The translations under genes and the position numbers were made by a program. Source: Myxococcales bacterium (GTDB lineage: Bacteria > Myxococcota_A > Bradymonadia > UBA7976 > UBA1532). Taken from it: 64,000 nucleotides of DNA. The stretch lies in NCBI GenBank assembly GCA_020633555.1, contig JACKDL010000007.1, positions 9,368 to 73,367 of the forward strand, read 5' to 3'. Positions within the stretch are counted from its first letter, which is position 1. Every line of letters begins with the position of its first letter. The notes beneath the pieces are model-generated. The model made no database searches. It was not told the origin of the DNA and saw nothing but the letters and a program-made list of their open reading frames with translations. Positions 22,859-33,791 of the stretch are shown here, piece after piece.

Positions 22859-24193
22859 ATGAGCCAGGCGAGCCACCTCGAAGCCTTCGACGCCGAACTC
22901 TCGGTCATCGGCGGGATCTTCCTCGAGAACCAGGCCCTGGACCGGGTGCTGCCGCTCGTCGACGTGAGCGACTTCCACGCGCCGCGGCACGCCGTGGTGT
23001 ATGGGCGCATGCTCGAGCTGGCCGAGCAGGGCCAGCCCATCGACACGGTCACGGTGACCCAGGCCCTGGAGAAGGCCGGGCAGCTCGAGGCGGCCGGCGG
23101 CCCCGAGTACGTGGCCGATCTGGCCGAGGCGGCGGCCACCGCGGTCAACATCGAGCACCACGCGGGCCTGGTGCACGAGGCCGCCGAGATCCGGCGGCTG
23201 ATCGCCGCTTGCCAGGGCATCGTGGACAAGGCCCGGGGCGGCGACTACGACGACACCACCCGGCTGTTCGACGAGGCCCAGCAGGCCGTCTACGAGGTGG
23301 GCCAGTCCCGCAACACCCGCGCCTTCACCCCGATGAACGCCGCCCTGAAGGAGGCCATCGAGAAGGTCCAGCGGGCCTACGAGGTGAAGGCGGCGGTGAC
23401 CGGCACGCCCACGGGCTTCACCGCCCTGGACGCCAAGACGGCGGGCCTCCACGGCGGCGATCTGCTCATCCTGGCGGCCCGCCCCGCCATGGGGAAGACG
23501 GCCTTCGCGCTGAACATCGCCACGAACGCCGCCAAGCTGGGCGGCGGCACGGTGGCCATCTTCAGCCTCGAGATGCCCACCGTGCAGCTCGCCGGACGTA
23601 TGCTGGCCAGCGAGGCGCGAGTGGACGGCGAGCGGATGAAGACGGGTCACCTGACCGACGGCGACATCGATCGGCTGCTGCAGTCGGTCAAGCGGATGAA
23701 CAACCTGTCCATCCACATCGATGACACCGCCGGCATCTCGGTGATGGAGGCGCGCTCGAAGTGCCGCCGCCTGGCCAGTGACAAGAGCACCCCGCCCCTC
23801 AGCCTGGTGGTCATCGACTACCTGCAGCTCATGAAGGGGCGCCCGAACATCAAGAGCCGCGAGCAGGAGATCAGCGACATCTCGCGGAACCTGAAGGGGC
23901 TGGCCAAGGAGCTCAACGTCCCGGTCATCGCGCTGTCGCAGCTCAACCGTGGGGTGGAGTCGCGGCCCAACAAACGCCCGCAGCTCAGCGACCTGCGTGA
24001 GTCCGGGGCCATCGAGCAGGACGCGGACATCATCATGTTCGTGTACCGTGACGAGTATTATAACGAAGACTCGGAAGACAAAGGGCTGGCCGAGGTCATC
24101 GTCGGGAAGCACCGCAGCGGCTCGACGGGGACCATCAAGCTCAAGTTCTTCCGTCAGTGGACCCGCTTCGACAACCTGCTCCAGGAAGAATGA
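22859..24193 (+). CDS. dnaB: Replicative DNA helicase
   Basis: AARPAMGKT, IDYLQLM, LSQLNR, DLRESGAIEQDAD; no intein-sized insertion. Confidence 0.97.
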   Translation: MSQASHLEAFDAELSVIGGIFLENQALDRVLPLVDVSDFHAPRHAVVYGRMLELAEQGQPIDTVTVTQALEKAGQLEAAGGPEYVADLAEAAATAVNIEHHAGLVHEAAEIRRLIAACQGIVDKARGGDYDDTTRLFDEAQQAVYEVGQSRNTRAFTPMNAALKEAIEKVQRAYEVKAAVTGTPTGFTALDAKTAGLHGGDLLILAARPAMGKTAFALNIATNAAKLGGGTVAIFSLEMPTVQLAGRMLASEARVDGERMKTGHLTDGDIDRLLQSVKRMNNLSIHIDDTAGISVMEARSKCRRLASDKSTPPLSLVVIDYLQLMKGRPNIKSREQEISDISRNLKGLAKELNVPVIALSQLNRGVESRPNKRPQLSDLRESGAIEQDADIIMFVYRDEYYNEDSEDKGLAEVIVGKHRSGSTGTIKLKFFRQWTRFDNLLQEE

Positions 24194-24615
24194 CCCACCC
24201 ACCCCAGCCAGAAGCCGCCGACGCCGTCGAGGTGCTCATCGTCGAGGACGACGCGCTGAACGTGCGCCTGCTCGAGCAGGTGTGCCGCTCCGCCGGCTAC
24301 CGCACCCGGGTGGCCCGGGACGGGGTCGAGGGGCTCGAGGCCGTCGAGGCGAAGATCCCCGACCTGATGCTCCTGGACGTGATGATGCCCCGCTTGGACG
24401 GCTACGGCGTGCTCGAGCGCCTGCGGGCCCGCGCCGAGTGGGTGAACATCCCGGTGGTGATGGTCACCGCGGTGCAGAACGACGACGCTCGCACCCGCTG
24501 CATCGACCTGGGCGCCGACGACTACGTCACCAAGCCTTTTCGCATCGCCGAGCTGCGCGACCGCATGCGGTCGACCCTCGAGATGAGCCGATTCAAGATG
24601 AGCCTGCTGGGCTGA
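24190..24615 (+). CDS. Single-domain response regulator
   Basis: IVEDD, LLDVMMP, GADDYVTKPF; ATGA overlap with dnaB. Confidence 0.88.
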   Translation: MTHPPQPEAADAVEVLIVEDDALNVRLLEQVCRSAGYRTRVARDGVEGLEAVEAKIPDLMLLDVMMPRLDGYGVLERLRARAEWVNIPVVMVTAVQNDDARTRCIDLGADDYVTKPFRIAELRDRMRSTLEMSRFKMSLLG

Positions 24616-24642
24616 GCCCGGCCGGCGAGACTGGAGGAGCCC

Positions 24643-25248
24643 ATGGCCGCCCCCTCGCACATTCGCATCCTGATCATCGACGACGATCAGGACATCTGCG
24701 AGTACATGAAGACCATGCTCGAGGCCACGGGCTACGGGGTGGACACCCTGCAGGATCCCACCCAGGCGGTGGACCAGATCCGCGACACCGAGTACCACCT
24801 GCTGATCGTGGATCTGATGATGCCGCGGCTGGACGGCATCGAGCTGATCCAGCGCATCCGCAAGGTGGACAGCGACGTGGCCGTGGTGGTGTTCACCGGC
24901 TACCCGTCGGTGGAGACCGCCGTGGACGCCCTGAAGCTCAACGTCAGCGACTACGTGCGCAAGCCCTTCGATCACGAGGAGTTCCGCGAGACGATCGTCG
25001 AGGTGCTGCGCAAGAAGGGCCTGCTGCGCGATCCCGAAGAGGAGCTGCACCGGGCCATCGGCGCCAACATCCGCCGCATCCGCAAGGAGCGGGACCTGAC
25101 CCTGAAGCAGCTCGCCCGGCGCACGGGCCTGTCGGTCAGCCTGCTGAGCCAGATCGAGCGCGCGGAGTCCAGCGCGTCGGTGTCCTCGCTCTACAAGATC
25201 GCCGTCGCCCTCGGCGAGAAGCTGACCGTCCTCTTCGGCGACTTCTGA
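24643..25248 (+). CDS. Response regulator with C-terminal XRE-type HTH
   Basis: IIDDD, VDLMMP, YVRKPF; then IGANIRRIRKERDLTLKQLARRTGLSVSLLSQIER. Confidence 0.9.
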   Translation: MAAPSHIRILIIDDDQDICEYMKTMLEATGYGVDTLQDPTQAVDQIRDTEYHLLIVDLMMPRLDGIELIQRIRKVDSDVAVVVFTGYPSVETAVDALKLNVSDYVRKPFDHEEFRETIVEVLRKKGLLRDPEEELHRAIGANIRRIRKERDLTLKQLARRTGLSVSLLSQIERAESSASVSSLYKIAVALGEKLTVLFGDF

Positions 25249-25324
25249 TCCCCCGTCAGCCCGCCCCCCCGCGGCGCCCCCACGGCGCGCTTGTGTGGGT
25301 AGGTGTGGGTGGTAGAGTGTGCGC

Positions 25325-27281
25325 ATGAGGTGCCCCCGCTGCGACCACGCCGTCTCGAAGAGCGACCGCTTCTGCGGCCGCTGCGGCCTGGCCTTGCCCA
25401 GCGACGGCGGCAAGCCGGTGGATCCGCTGCTGGGGCTGGTGGTGGACAACCGCTACCGCATCGAGGAGCGCATCGGGGTGGGCGGCATGGGGACCGTCTA
25501 CCTGGGCACCCACGTGAACCTGGGGCAGAAGGTGGCCATCAAGGTGCTGCACGAGCGGCACGTGGCCAACGACGACCTGGTGAAGCGCTTCCACGTCGAG
25601 GCGCGCACCTACGCCCGGGTGGATCACCCGAACGTCGTCAAGCTGATGCACTTCGACCAGATGCCCGACGGCACCACCTACATGGTGATGGAGTACTGCC
25701 CGGGCACCTCGCTGGCGGCGCACCTGCACAGCCATGGCAAGCTCGATCCGGTGATGGCCGGTGATCTGGCGGTGCAGATCGCCCAGGGGCTGTCGGCCAC
25801 GCACTCCGCGGGCATCGTCCACCGCGATCTGAAGCCCGACAACATCGTGCTCACCGAGACCCGGCCGGGGCGCTACCACGTCAAGCTCCTGGACTTCGGC
25901 ATCGCCAAGGACATGGACGACGACGGCCCGCGGCTCACGCAGGCGGGCATGGTGTTCGGGACGCCCGAGTACATGGCGCCGGAGCAGGCGCGCGGCCACA
26001 CCGTGGACGAGCGCAGCGACATCTACGCGCTGGGCTGCGTGCTCTACGAGATGCTGACCGGCGATCCGCCGTTCACCGGCAGCGACAAGATGCGGGTGAT
26101 GCACCAGCAGGCCACCGAGGATCCGATGCCGCCCTCGGAGCGGCTGGGGGGGCCCGCGTTCCTGCCCGGCCCCCTGGAGGACGTGGTGCTCACCTGCCTG
26201 GCCAAGCGGCCGGGGGATCGCTTCCAGTCGGCCGATCAGCTCATCGACGCCTTCGACGACGTCAGCTTGCTGGCGGATCGGCCCTCGCTGCAGCCCGCGA
26301 CGCCCCGGCCTGCCCCCAGCGACGAGCTGCAGGGGCCGCCCACCCGCCAGGAGCGGGCGGCGACGCCGGCCACGGTCGTGCGGCCCCCGGACGACGCGCC
26401 CGGCTCGGGCCCATGGTCGCGGGGCGGGCCGGTGCCGGGCCAGCGGCAGCCCTCGTTCGATCCCAGCTCGCTGGGGCGGGTGACCCCATCGGGGCCGCGG
26501 GCCATCACGGGGGACGGGCCGCTCTTCATCGATCCGGGGCCGCCGCCGGGCATGGGCGGTGAGGACGGGGTGGCGTCGTCGCTGGTCATGGCCGGCCTGG
26601 TGTTCGTGGCGGCCATCGGCCTGGCGGCGTGGTTCTTCTCGAAGCCCGAGGGGCCCACCCAGCCGCCGCCGGTGACCCAGGGCTCGGCGGTGGCCAACCC
26701 CGCGCCCCTGCCCGAAGAGGGGGACGGCGCTGCGCCCGATGCTCAGGCGGCCGTGACGCCGCCGAAGCAGCCGGCGACCCGGGCCCCGGCGACCCGGCCC
26801 GCGAGCCGAGCGCCCGAGACCGCGCCTCCGCGTCCGGTGCCCCCCGCCGACGGCGGCGCCGGCCACCGAGGCGCCGCCCAAGCGCCCGGCCACCGAGGCA
26901 CCGCCCAAGCGCCCGGCCACCGAGGCGCCCAGGCGCCCGGCCACCGCGCCGCCCCCGCCGCCCAAGCCCAAGGGGCCCACGGCGGCCGAGCAGGTGGAGA
27001 AGGCCCGCGAAGCGCTGCGCGAGGGGCAGTTCGGGGTGGCCGAGCGCACGGCCCGCGAGGCCCTGAAGGACGAGCCGGGCCACGGGCCGGCGCAGGCGCT
27101 CATCGACGAGGTGCAGGCCCTGCGGGCCGCGCTGAAGAAGGGGCGCGCCGCCGACAAGCGCGGCGACTGCGTGACCGTGCTCGACGCGCTGAAGCCGGTG
27201 GTGGACGCGGCGCCCGGCCTGTCCGAGGCGCAGAAGATGGTGGAGCACTGCCAGATGGCGCTGCCCCCCAAGGGCATCTGA
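25325..27281 (+). CDS. Hanks-type Ser/Thr protein kinase (zinc ribbon, kinase, TM, Pro-rich linker, helical C-terminus), apparent +1 frameshift at 26840-26845
   Basis: CPRC...[30 protein letters not shown] helix. The plausible C-terminus (ATEAPPKRP repeats, then EKAREAL...PKGI*) lies in the +1 frame after a C6 run. Confidence 0.85.
26857..26950 (+). repeat. 27-bp tandem repeat, about 3 copies (ATEAPPKRP)
   Basis: GCGCCCGGCCACCGAGGC unit recurs at ~27-nt spacing. Confidence 0.75.
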
Positions 27282-27403
27282 CAGGGGTATCCTGCCGTCA
27301 GATCAGTTGCAGTGTGTCGGCCCGCCTTGCTGGGGCGGCCGGTCCCTTCGCGAGCGACCCTCAACCCGACCGGAAACCCCTGTGACCGGGGCCTGCGGTC
27401 GGA

Positions 27404-28869
27404 TCAGTTGCAGGCGCGGCCGCGGCTCTGGTTGGCGGGGCAGCCGCGAGCCTCGGCGGTGCCGTTGTCGCAGATGCGGGGGCAGCCGGCGGGGTTCAGG
27501 TCCTGCACGGCGCAGGTGTTGCCCTGCCAGGCCACGTCGGCCACCTCCCAGAACTCCGTGTCGTCGTTGCCGTTTCGGCCGCTGGCGCGCAGCACCACGG
27601 GGTCGTAGGCCCGCGCGAGCTGGCCGCCGCAGAAGATGCGCAGCGTGACCGTGCTGTCGCCGAAGCCGTCGTCGTCCCAGTAGTGCACGCCCACCCGGTA
27701 CGTGCCGGCCTGGGGTGCGCGGATGTTGATGTTCTCGGGGCCCTGGCCCTGCACGTCGTCCAGATCCAGGCGGGGATCGTCGTCGCTCAGCGGGCGCGAC
27801 CACTCCACCTGCGGGGGCGGCCCGGCGGGGTTGCGGTTCAAGTCGCTGAGCAGGGCCCGGCAGCCGGCCTCGCCGCCCCCGGCGCCCTCGTTGCTGCACA
27901 CCGAGCAGTTGCGCCAGTGGCAGTCGTCGCCGTCGTCGGCGCTGTCGTGCCACTGGGCGTTGGGCGCCCGCTTCAGGTGCAGATCCACGTCGCTGGCGTC
28001 GTCGGCCGCGCCCGCGTTCCACACCAGCTCGATGCGCAGGCCGTCGCCGCTGGCCTCGGCGTTGATCCGGGTGGTGCAGCGGCCCCGCTGGCCCGCGGCG
28101 TCCTCCACCTCGAGCTCCAGCAGGTAGCTGCCCTGTAGATCGGCGAACAGCTCACTGCGCAGGGCGTTGGCGGGATCGGGTCGCGCGGTGGAGCCGGCAG
28201 GGGCCTCGCGCACCGACCAGGTGGCGCGCACCATGGCGTCCCCGTCGGGATCCTCGTAGCCCCCCTCCAGCGGGTACAGCGCCAGCGGGGGCCCCTCCTG
28301 ATCGGGCGGGCACAGGGCCCGGGGCGGCTGGTTGGCGCACTCGGTGCCCTCGTCGGCCTGGCCGTCGCAGTCGTCGTCCAGGCCGTTGCAGATCTCGGGC
28401 TGGGGGAGCACCTGACCCACGCAGGGGCCGTAGAACTCGAGCTGGCAGCTCTGGGTGCCCGCCCGGCAGGCGCCGTCCACCTGCAGGTCGCGGGGATCGC
28501 CCGAGTAGCAGGCCTTCTCGGCCTGGCGGCAGGCGCAGCCCTCGTCGACGATGCCATCGCAGTCGTCGTCGAAGGTGTTCTCGCAGGTCTCCTGCGCCGC
28601 GCAGTCCCGGGGGGGGCGGTCACCGGCGTCGGGCGCGAGCGGCCCGGCGTCGCCGGTGGGCAGGGGCCCGGCGCCGCCGTCCCGCGGGCCCTGGTTGCGC
28701 CCCATGTCGAACAGGCCGCTGACGGCGGCGTCGATGCCGCCCCCCGCGCCCCCGCCGGCCCCGCTGACCGCGGGCCCCGCGTCGGATCCGGTGGTGACCG
28801 TGCCGCCTTCGCAGCCCCAGAGCAGCGCGGTGGCTGCCAGCACGCCCAGCCCGATGTTCCGGTGGCCCA

Positions 28870-28870
<1 letters not shown>
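27404..28870 (-). CDS. Cys-rich lipoprotein with CNGLDDDCDG (putative metal-binding) repeats, PKD-like domain and C-terminal YfaP/DUF2135-like domain
   Basis: Lipobox LWGC; DDDCDG repeats; DVDLHL...LDLDDVQGQGPENINI...YRVGVHY. Confidence 0.72.
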
Positions 28871-30921
<2,051 letters not shown>

Positions 30922-30985
30922 GGGTTCCTCCCGGATGAGACCCCCACAGCGAAGCGCAGGCGGGCCCGTCCAGGCAAGGGCGCCG

Positions 30986-32152
30986 TCAACCGGGTGTGAA
31001 GCCGGCCTCGACGATGGCGGCGCGGACCGCGGCCTCGCTGATCGGGCCCCGCACGATGGCCCGGTCGGGCTCGCGCTCCACCACCGCGGCCTCGACCCCC
31101 TCCAGCGCGTTCAGCGCGCCCTCGAGCTTGCGCACGCAGCCGCCACAGCGCATGCCGGCCACGGGCAGCTCCAGGGCCTGGGCGGCGGGCGGCGCCCGGC
31201 GGCGCCACCACCCGCGCAGGTCGTCGACGGCGAAGAAGGCGAACAGGGCCACCAGCAACCCGGCGCTGGCGCTGGCCCACCAGGCGACCCCGTGGGCGTG
31301 GGCGGCCAGGGCGCCGCCCCCGGCCGGGATCACGAAGTCGAACAGCCAGCCCAGGCCCGCCGAGCCTACCACGATGGTGCCCAGGTAGATGGCCAGGGTG
31401 CGGCCGCCGAAGCCCCGGTAGATGGCGCCGATGGTGGCGATGTTGGTGGCCGGCCCGGCCATCAGGAACACCAGCGCGGCGCCCGTGGGCATGCCGCCGG
31501 CCACCAGGGCCGCGGCGATGGGCACCGAGGCCGTGGCGCAGACGTAAAGCGGCACCGACAGGGCCAGCACCCCCAGCACGCCCCAGGCCCCCAGGCCCGA
31601 CAGGGCGTCGGTGGGCACCCAGGCGGTCAGCGCGGCCGAGGCCAGCACCCCGAACACCAGCCAGCGCCAGATGGTGCGGATCATCTCCAGGCCGTGGGTC
31701 ACCAGCGCCCGCACGCTGCGCTCGTTGCTCTCGGCGCACACCGGCGGCGGCGGGGCCCCGGCGTGGGTGCCGAAGCGGTCGGTGAGCCAGCCGCCGACCA
31801 GGCCGGTGGCGGCGGCGGCGCCCACCTTGAACAGCGCGAAGGGCCAGCCCAGGAAGCCGGCAGAGACCATCAGCGAGTCCACGCCGGTCTGCGGCGTGCT
31901 GATCAGGAACCCCACTGCTGCGCCGTCGCTGGCGCCGTCCTCCTTCAGGCTGAGCCCCGCGGGGATGACCCCGCAGGAGCACAAGGGCAGGGGCACGCCG
32001 AACAGCACCGCGCGGGCCACGCCCCACCGGCCCGACAGGTGGCGGGCCAGGAAGTCGGGGGGCAGCAGGATGTGCAGCAGGCCGGCGACGGCGGCGCCCA
32101 GCAACAGCCAGGGGGCGAGCTCGAGCAGGACCATCCAGGTGGCGTGGAGCAT
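30986..32152 (-). CDS. DUF318/SO_0444-type permease fused to a C-terminal HMA domain
   Basis: [35 protein letters not shown]; C-terminal GMRCGGC. Confidence 0.85.
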   Translation of the reverse strand: MLHATWMVLLELAPWLLLGAAVAGLLHILLPPDFLARHLSGRWGVARAVLFGVPLPLCSCGVIPAGLSLKEDGASDGAAVGFLISTPQTGVDSLMVSAGFLGWPFALFKVGAAAATGLVGGWLTDRFGTHAGAPPPPVCAESNERSVRALVTHGLEMIRTIWRWLVFGVLASAALTAWVPTDALSGLGAWGVLGVLALSVPLYVCATASVPIAAALVAGGMPTGAALVFLMAGPATNIATIGAIYRGFGGRTLAIYLGTIVVGSAGLGWLFDFVIPAGGGALAAHAHGVAWWASASAGLLVALFAFFAVDDLRGWWRRRAPPAAQALELPVAGMRCGGCVRKLEGALNALEGVEAAVVEREPDRAIVRGPISEAAVRAAIVEAGFTPG

Positions 32153-32217
32153 GGCAGGGTCTCGGTCGTGGGGACCACGAGGTCAGACCGCATGATGCCG
32201 CAGCCGGCCCGGGAGTG

Positions 32218-33663
32218 TCAGGCCTGGGCCAACTCACGGGGCGTGCGGTCGTGGCGGCACCAGGCCATCAGGTGGGCCCGGGTGGTGCGGCCGCGGCCGG
32301 TGACCACGGCAAACCGGGAGTCACAGCGGCAGCGCCCCTCGCCGGTGCAGCGGGTGGCGTGGCGGCCCACGTGCTCCCAGCTCCCGGGGTTCAGCCAGCG
32401 GGTGCGCCCCATGCGCCGCAGCACGGGGCGGTGGGTGTGGCCGAAGACCACCACCGGGGCCCGCGAGAGGCGGCCGATGCGATCGGCCACGCGGGCCAGC
32501 ACGGGGTGCACGTCCACGGCGGGGCGCCGGCGGTCGCACCAGCGCCAGAACCAGGCGCCGCCGCCCACGATCAGCCCGCCCACCAGCAGGGCGCCCAGCC
32601 AGCCGTCGGTCTGCGGGAGCGCCACCGCCAGCGCGGTCAGGCCGCCGACGATGAGGGCCACCCGATCCACATACAGGCTGAGCATGAGCCGCCACAGGCT
32701 GGCGCCCACGTGGGGGCTGTGCAGGGCGTCGATGGCCAGCATGCGGTCCACGGGCAGGTGGGCCTTGCGGGCCAGGGCGCGCAGGGTCCGCCGCCGGCGG
32801 GCGCGGCTCACGGCGTCGGTGCGGCCCCGGTCGCGGGCGACGGCGGTGTCGCGCACGTACCGGGTGAGGAAGGCGGCCCACACCAGCACCAGCCGCGTGA
32901 TGCCCATGCCGGCCTTGTACCAGACCCAGTGGAGCACCTCGCGGAAGCTCATCTGCTCCACGTCGTGCAGCGGGAAGGTGCGCACGCGGTTGGCGAAGAA
33001 GCGCAGGCCCCAGTGGCTGAAGGTGGGCGCCAGCCGCGGGACTGGGGCCTCGGCCGGGATGGGCGTGAGCGGATCGGGGAACGTGTTGTAGGCGTCGAAG
33101 CGGTGGCCGTGCTCGAACCACGCCCGCCCGGGCTCGTGGACGAACCAGTCCGAGAAGCCGATGCGCGCCATCACGGCCCGCCGGTCGCCCTTCGCGAAGG
33201 CGGCGATGTGGCCGCGCAGATCCACCTGCACCGCCTTGAAGCACAGATCGGCGTCGTGGTTGCCCGCGATGAAGACCACCCGGTGGCCGGCCTCGATGAA
33301 GCGGCACAGGGCCTCGAAGCTGCGGCGGTGGTAGGCCACGATCCAGGCCAGCTTCCAGCGCGAGCGGCTCTCGTCGAAGCTCAGCCCGTACATGGCCTCG
33401 TCGTCCTCGGCGCCGCCCAGCTCGGCGGGCACCAGGCCCATGTGCAGGAAGTCGATGCAGTCGCCGTTGAGCACCAGGGTCCACGGCCGGGGACGCCCGT
33501 CGGGGCCGCGGTTGGGGTGGGTCGCCTGGTGGCGCAGGAACGCCGCCAGCTCGCGGTCCAGGCGCACCATCTCGCGGCGGGCCTTGAAGTCCACGGGCGG
33601 TCGCAGCGAGCCCCCCAGGTGGAGGTCGCCCAGGACCAGCAGATCATGGGTCGGGGTGATCAT
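32218..33663 (-). CDS. Calcineurin-like metallophosphoesterase with internal TM helices
   Basis: DLHLG, LNGDCID, GNHD, EHGH, FGHTH. Confidence 0.8.
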   Translation of the reverse strand: MITPTHDLLVLGDLHLGGSLRPPVDFKARREMVRLDRELAAFLRHQATHPNRGPDGRPRPWTLVLNGDCIDFLHMGLVPAELGGAEDDEAMYGLSFDESRSRWKLAWIVAYHRRSFEALCRFIEAGHRVVFIAGNHDADLCFKAVQVDLRGHIAAFAKGDRRAVMARIGFSDWFVHEPGRAWFEHGHRFDAYNTFPDPLTPIPAEAPVPRLAPTFSHWGLRFFANRVRTFPLHDVEQMSFREVLHWVWYKAGMGITRLVLVWAAFLTRYVRDTAVARDRGRTDAVSRARRRRTLRALARKAHLPVDRMLAIDALHSPHVGASLWRLMLSLYVDRVALIVGGLTALAVALPQTDGWLGALLVGGLIVGGGAWFWRWCDRRRPAVDVHPVLARVADRIGRLSRAPVVVFGHTHRPVLRRMGRTRWLNPGSWEHVGRHATRCTGEGRCRCDSRFAVVTGRGRTTRAHLMAWCRHDRTPRELAQA

Positions 33664-33791
33664 GGCGAGGGCGGATCGTGGCGCGCGCCGGGCCTTCGGC
33701 GCAAGTCGGGCCGCGGGCCCCGTGTTCGCGGTGGCGTTGACCTCGCCCAGCCGAGACAATGCCGGCGCTTTCGACCGGGGAGGAGATTGAC

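Noticed and set aside
22859-24193. Possible intein in DnaB
   Set aside because: Length (444 aa) is normal and the motifs are contiguous.
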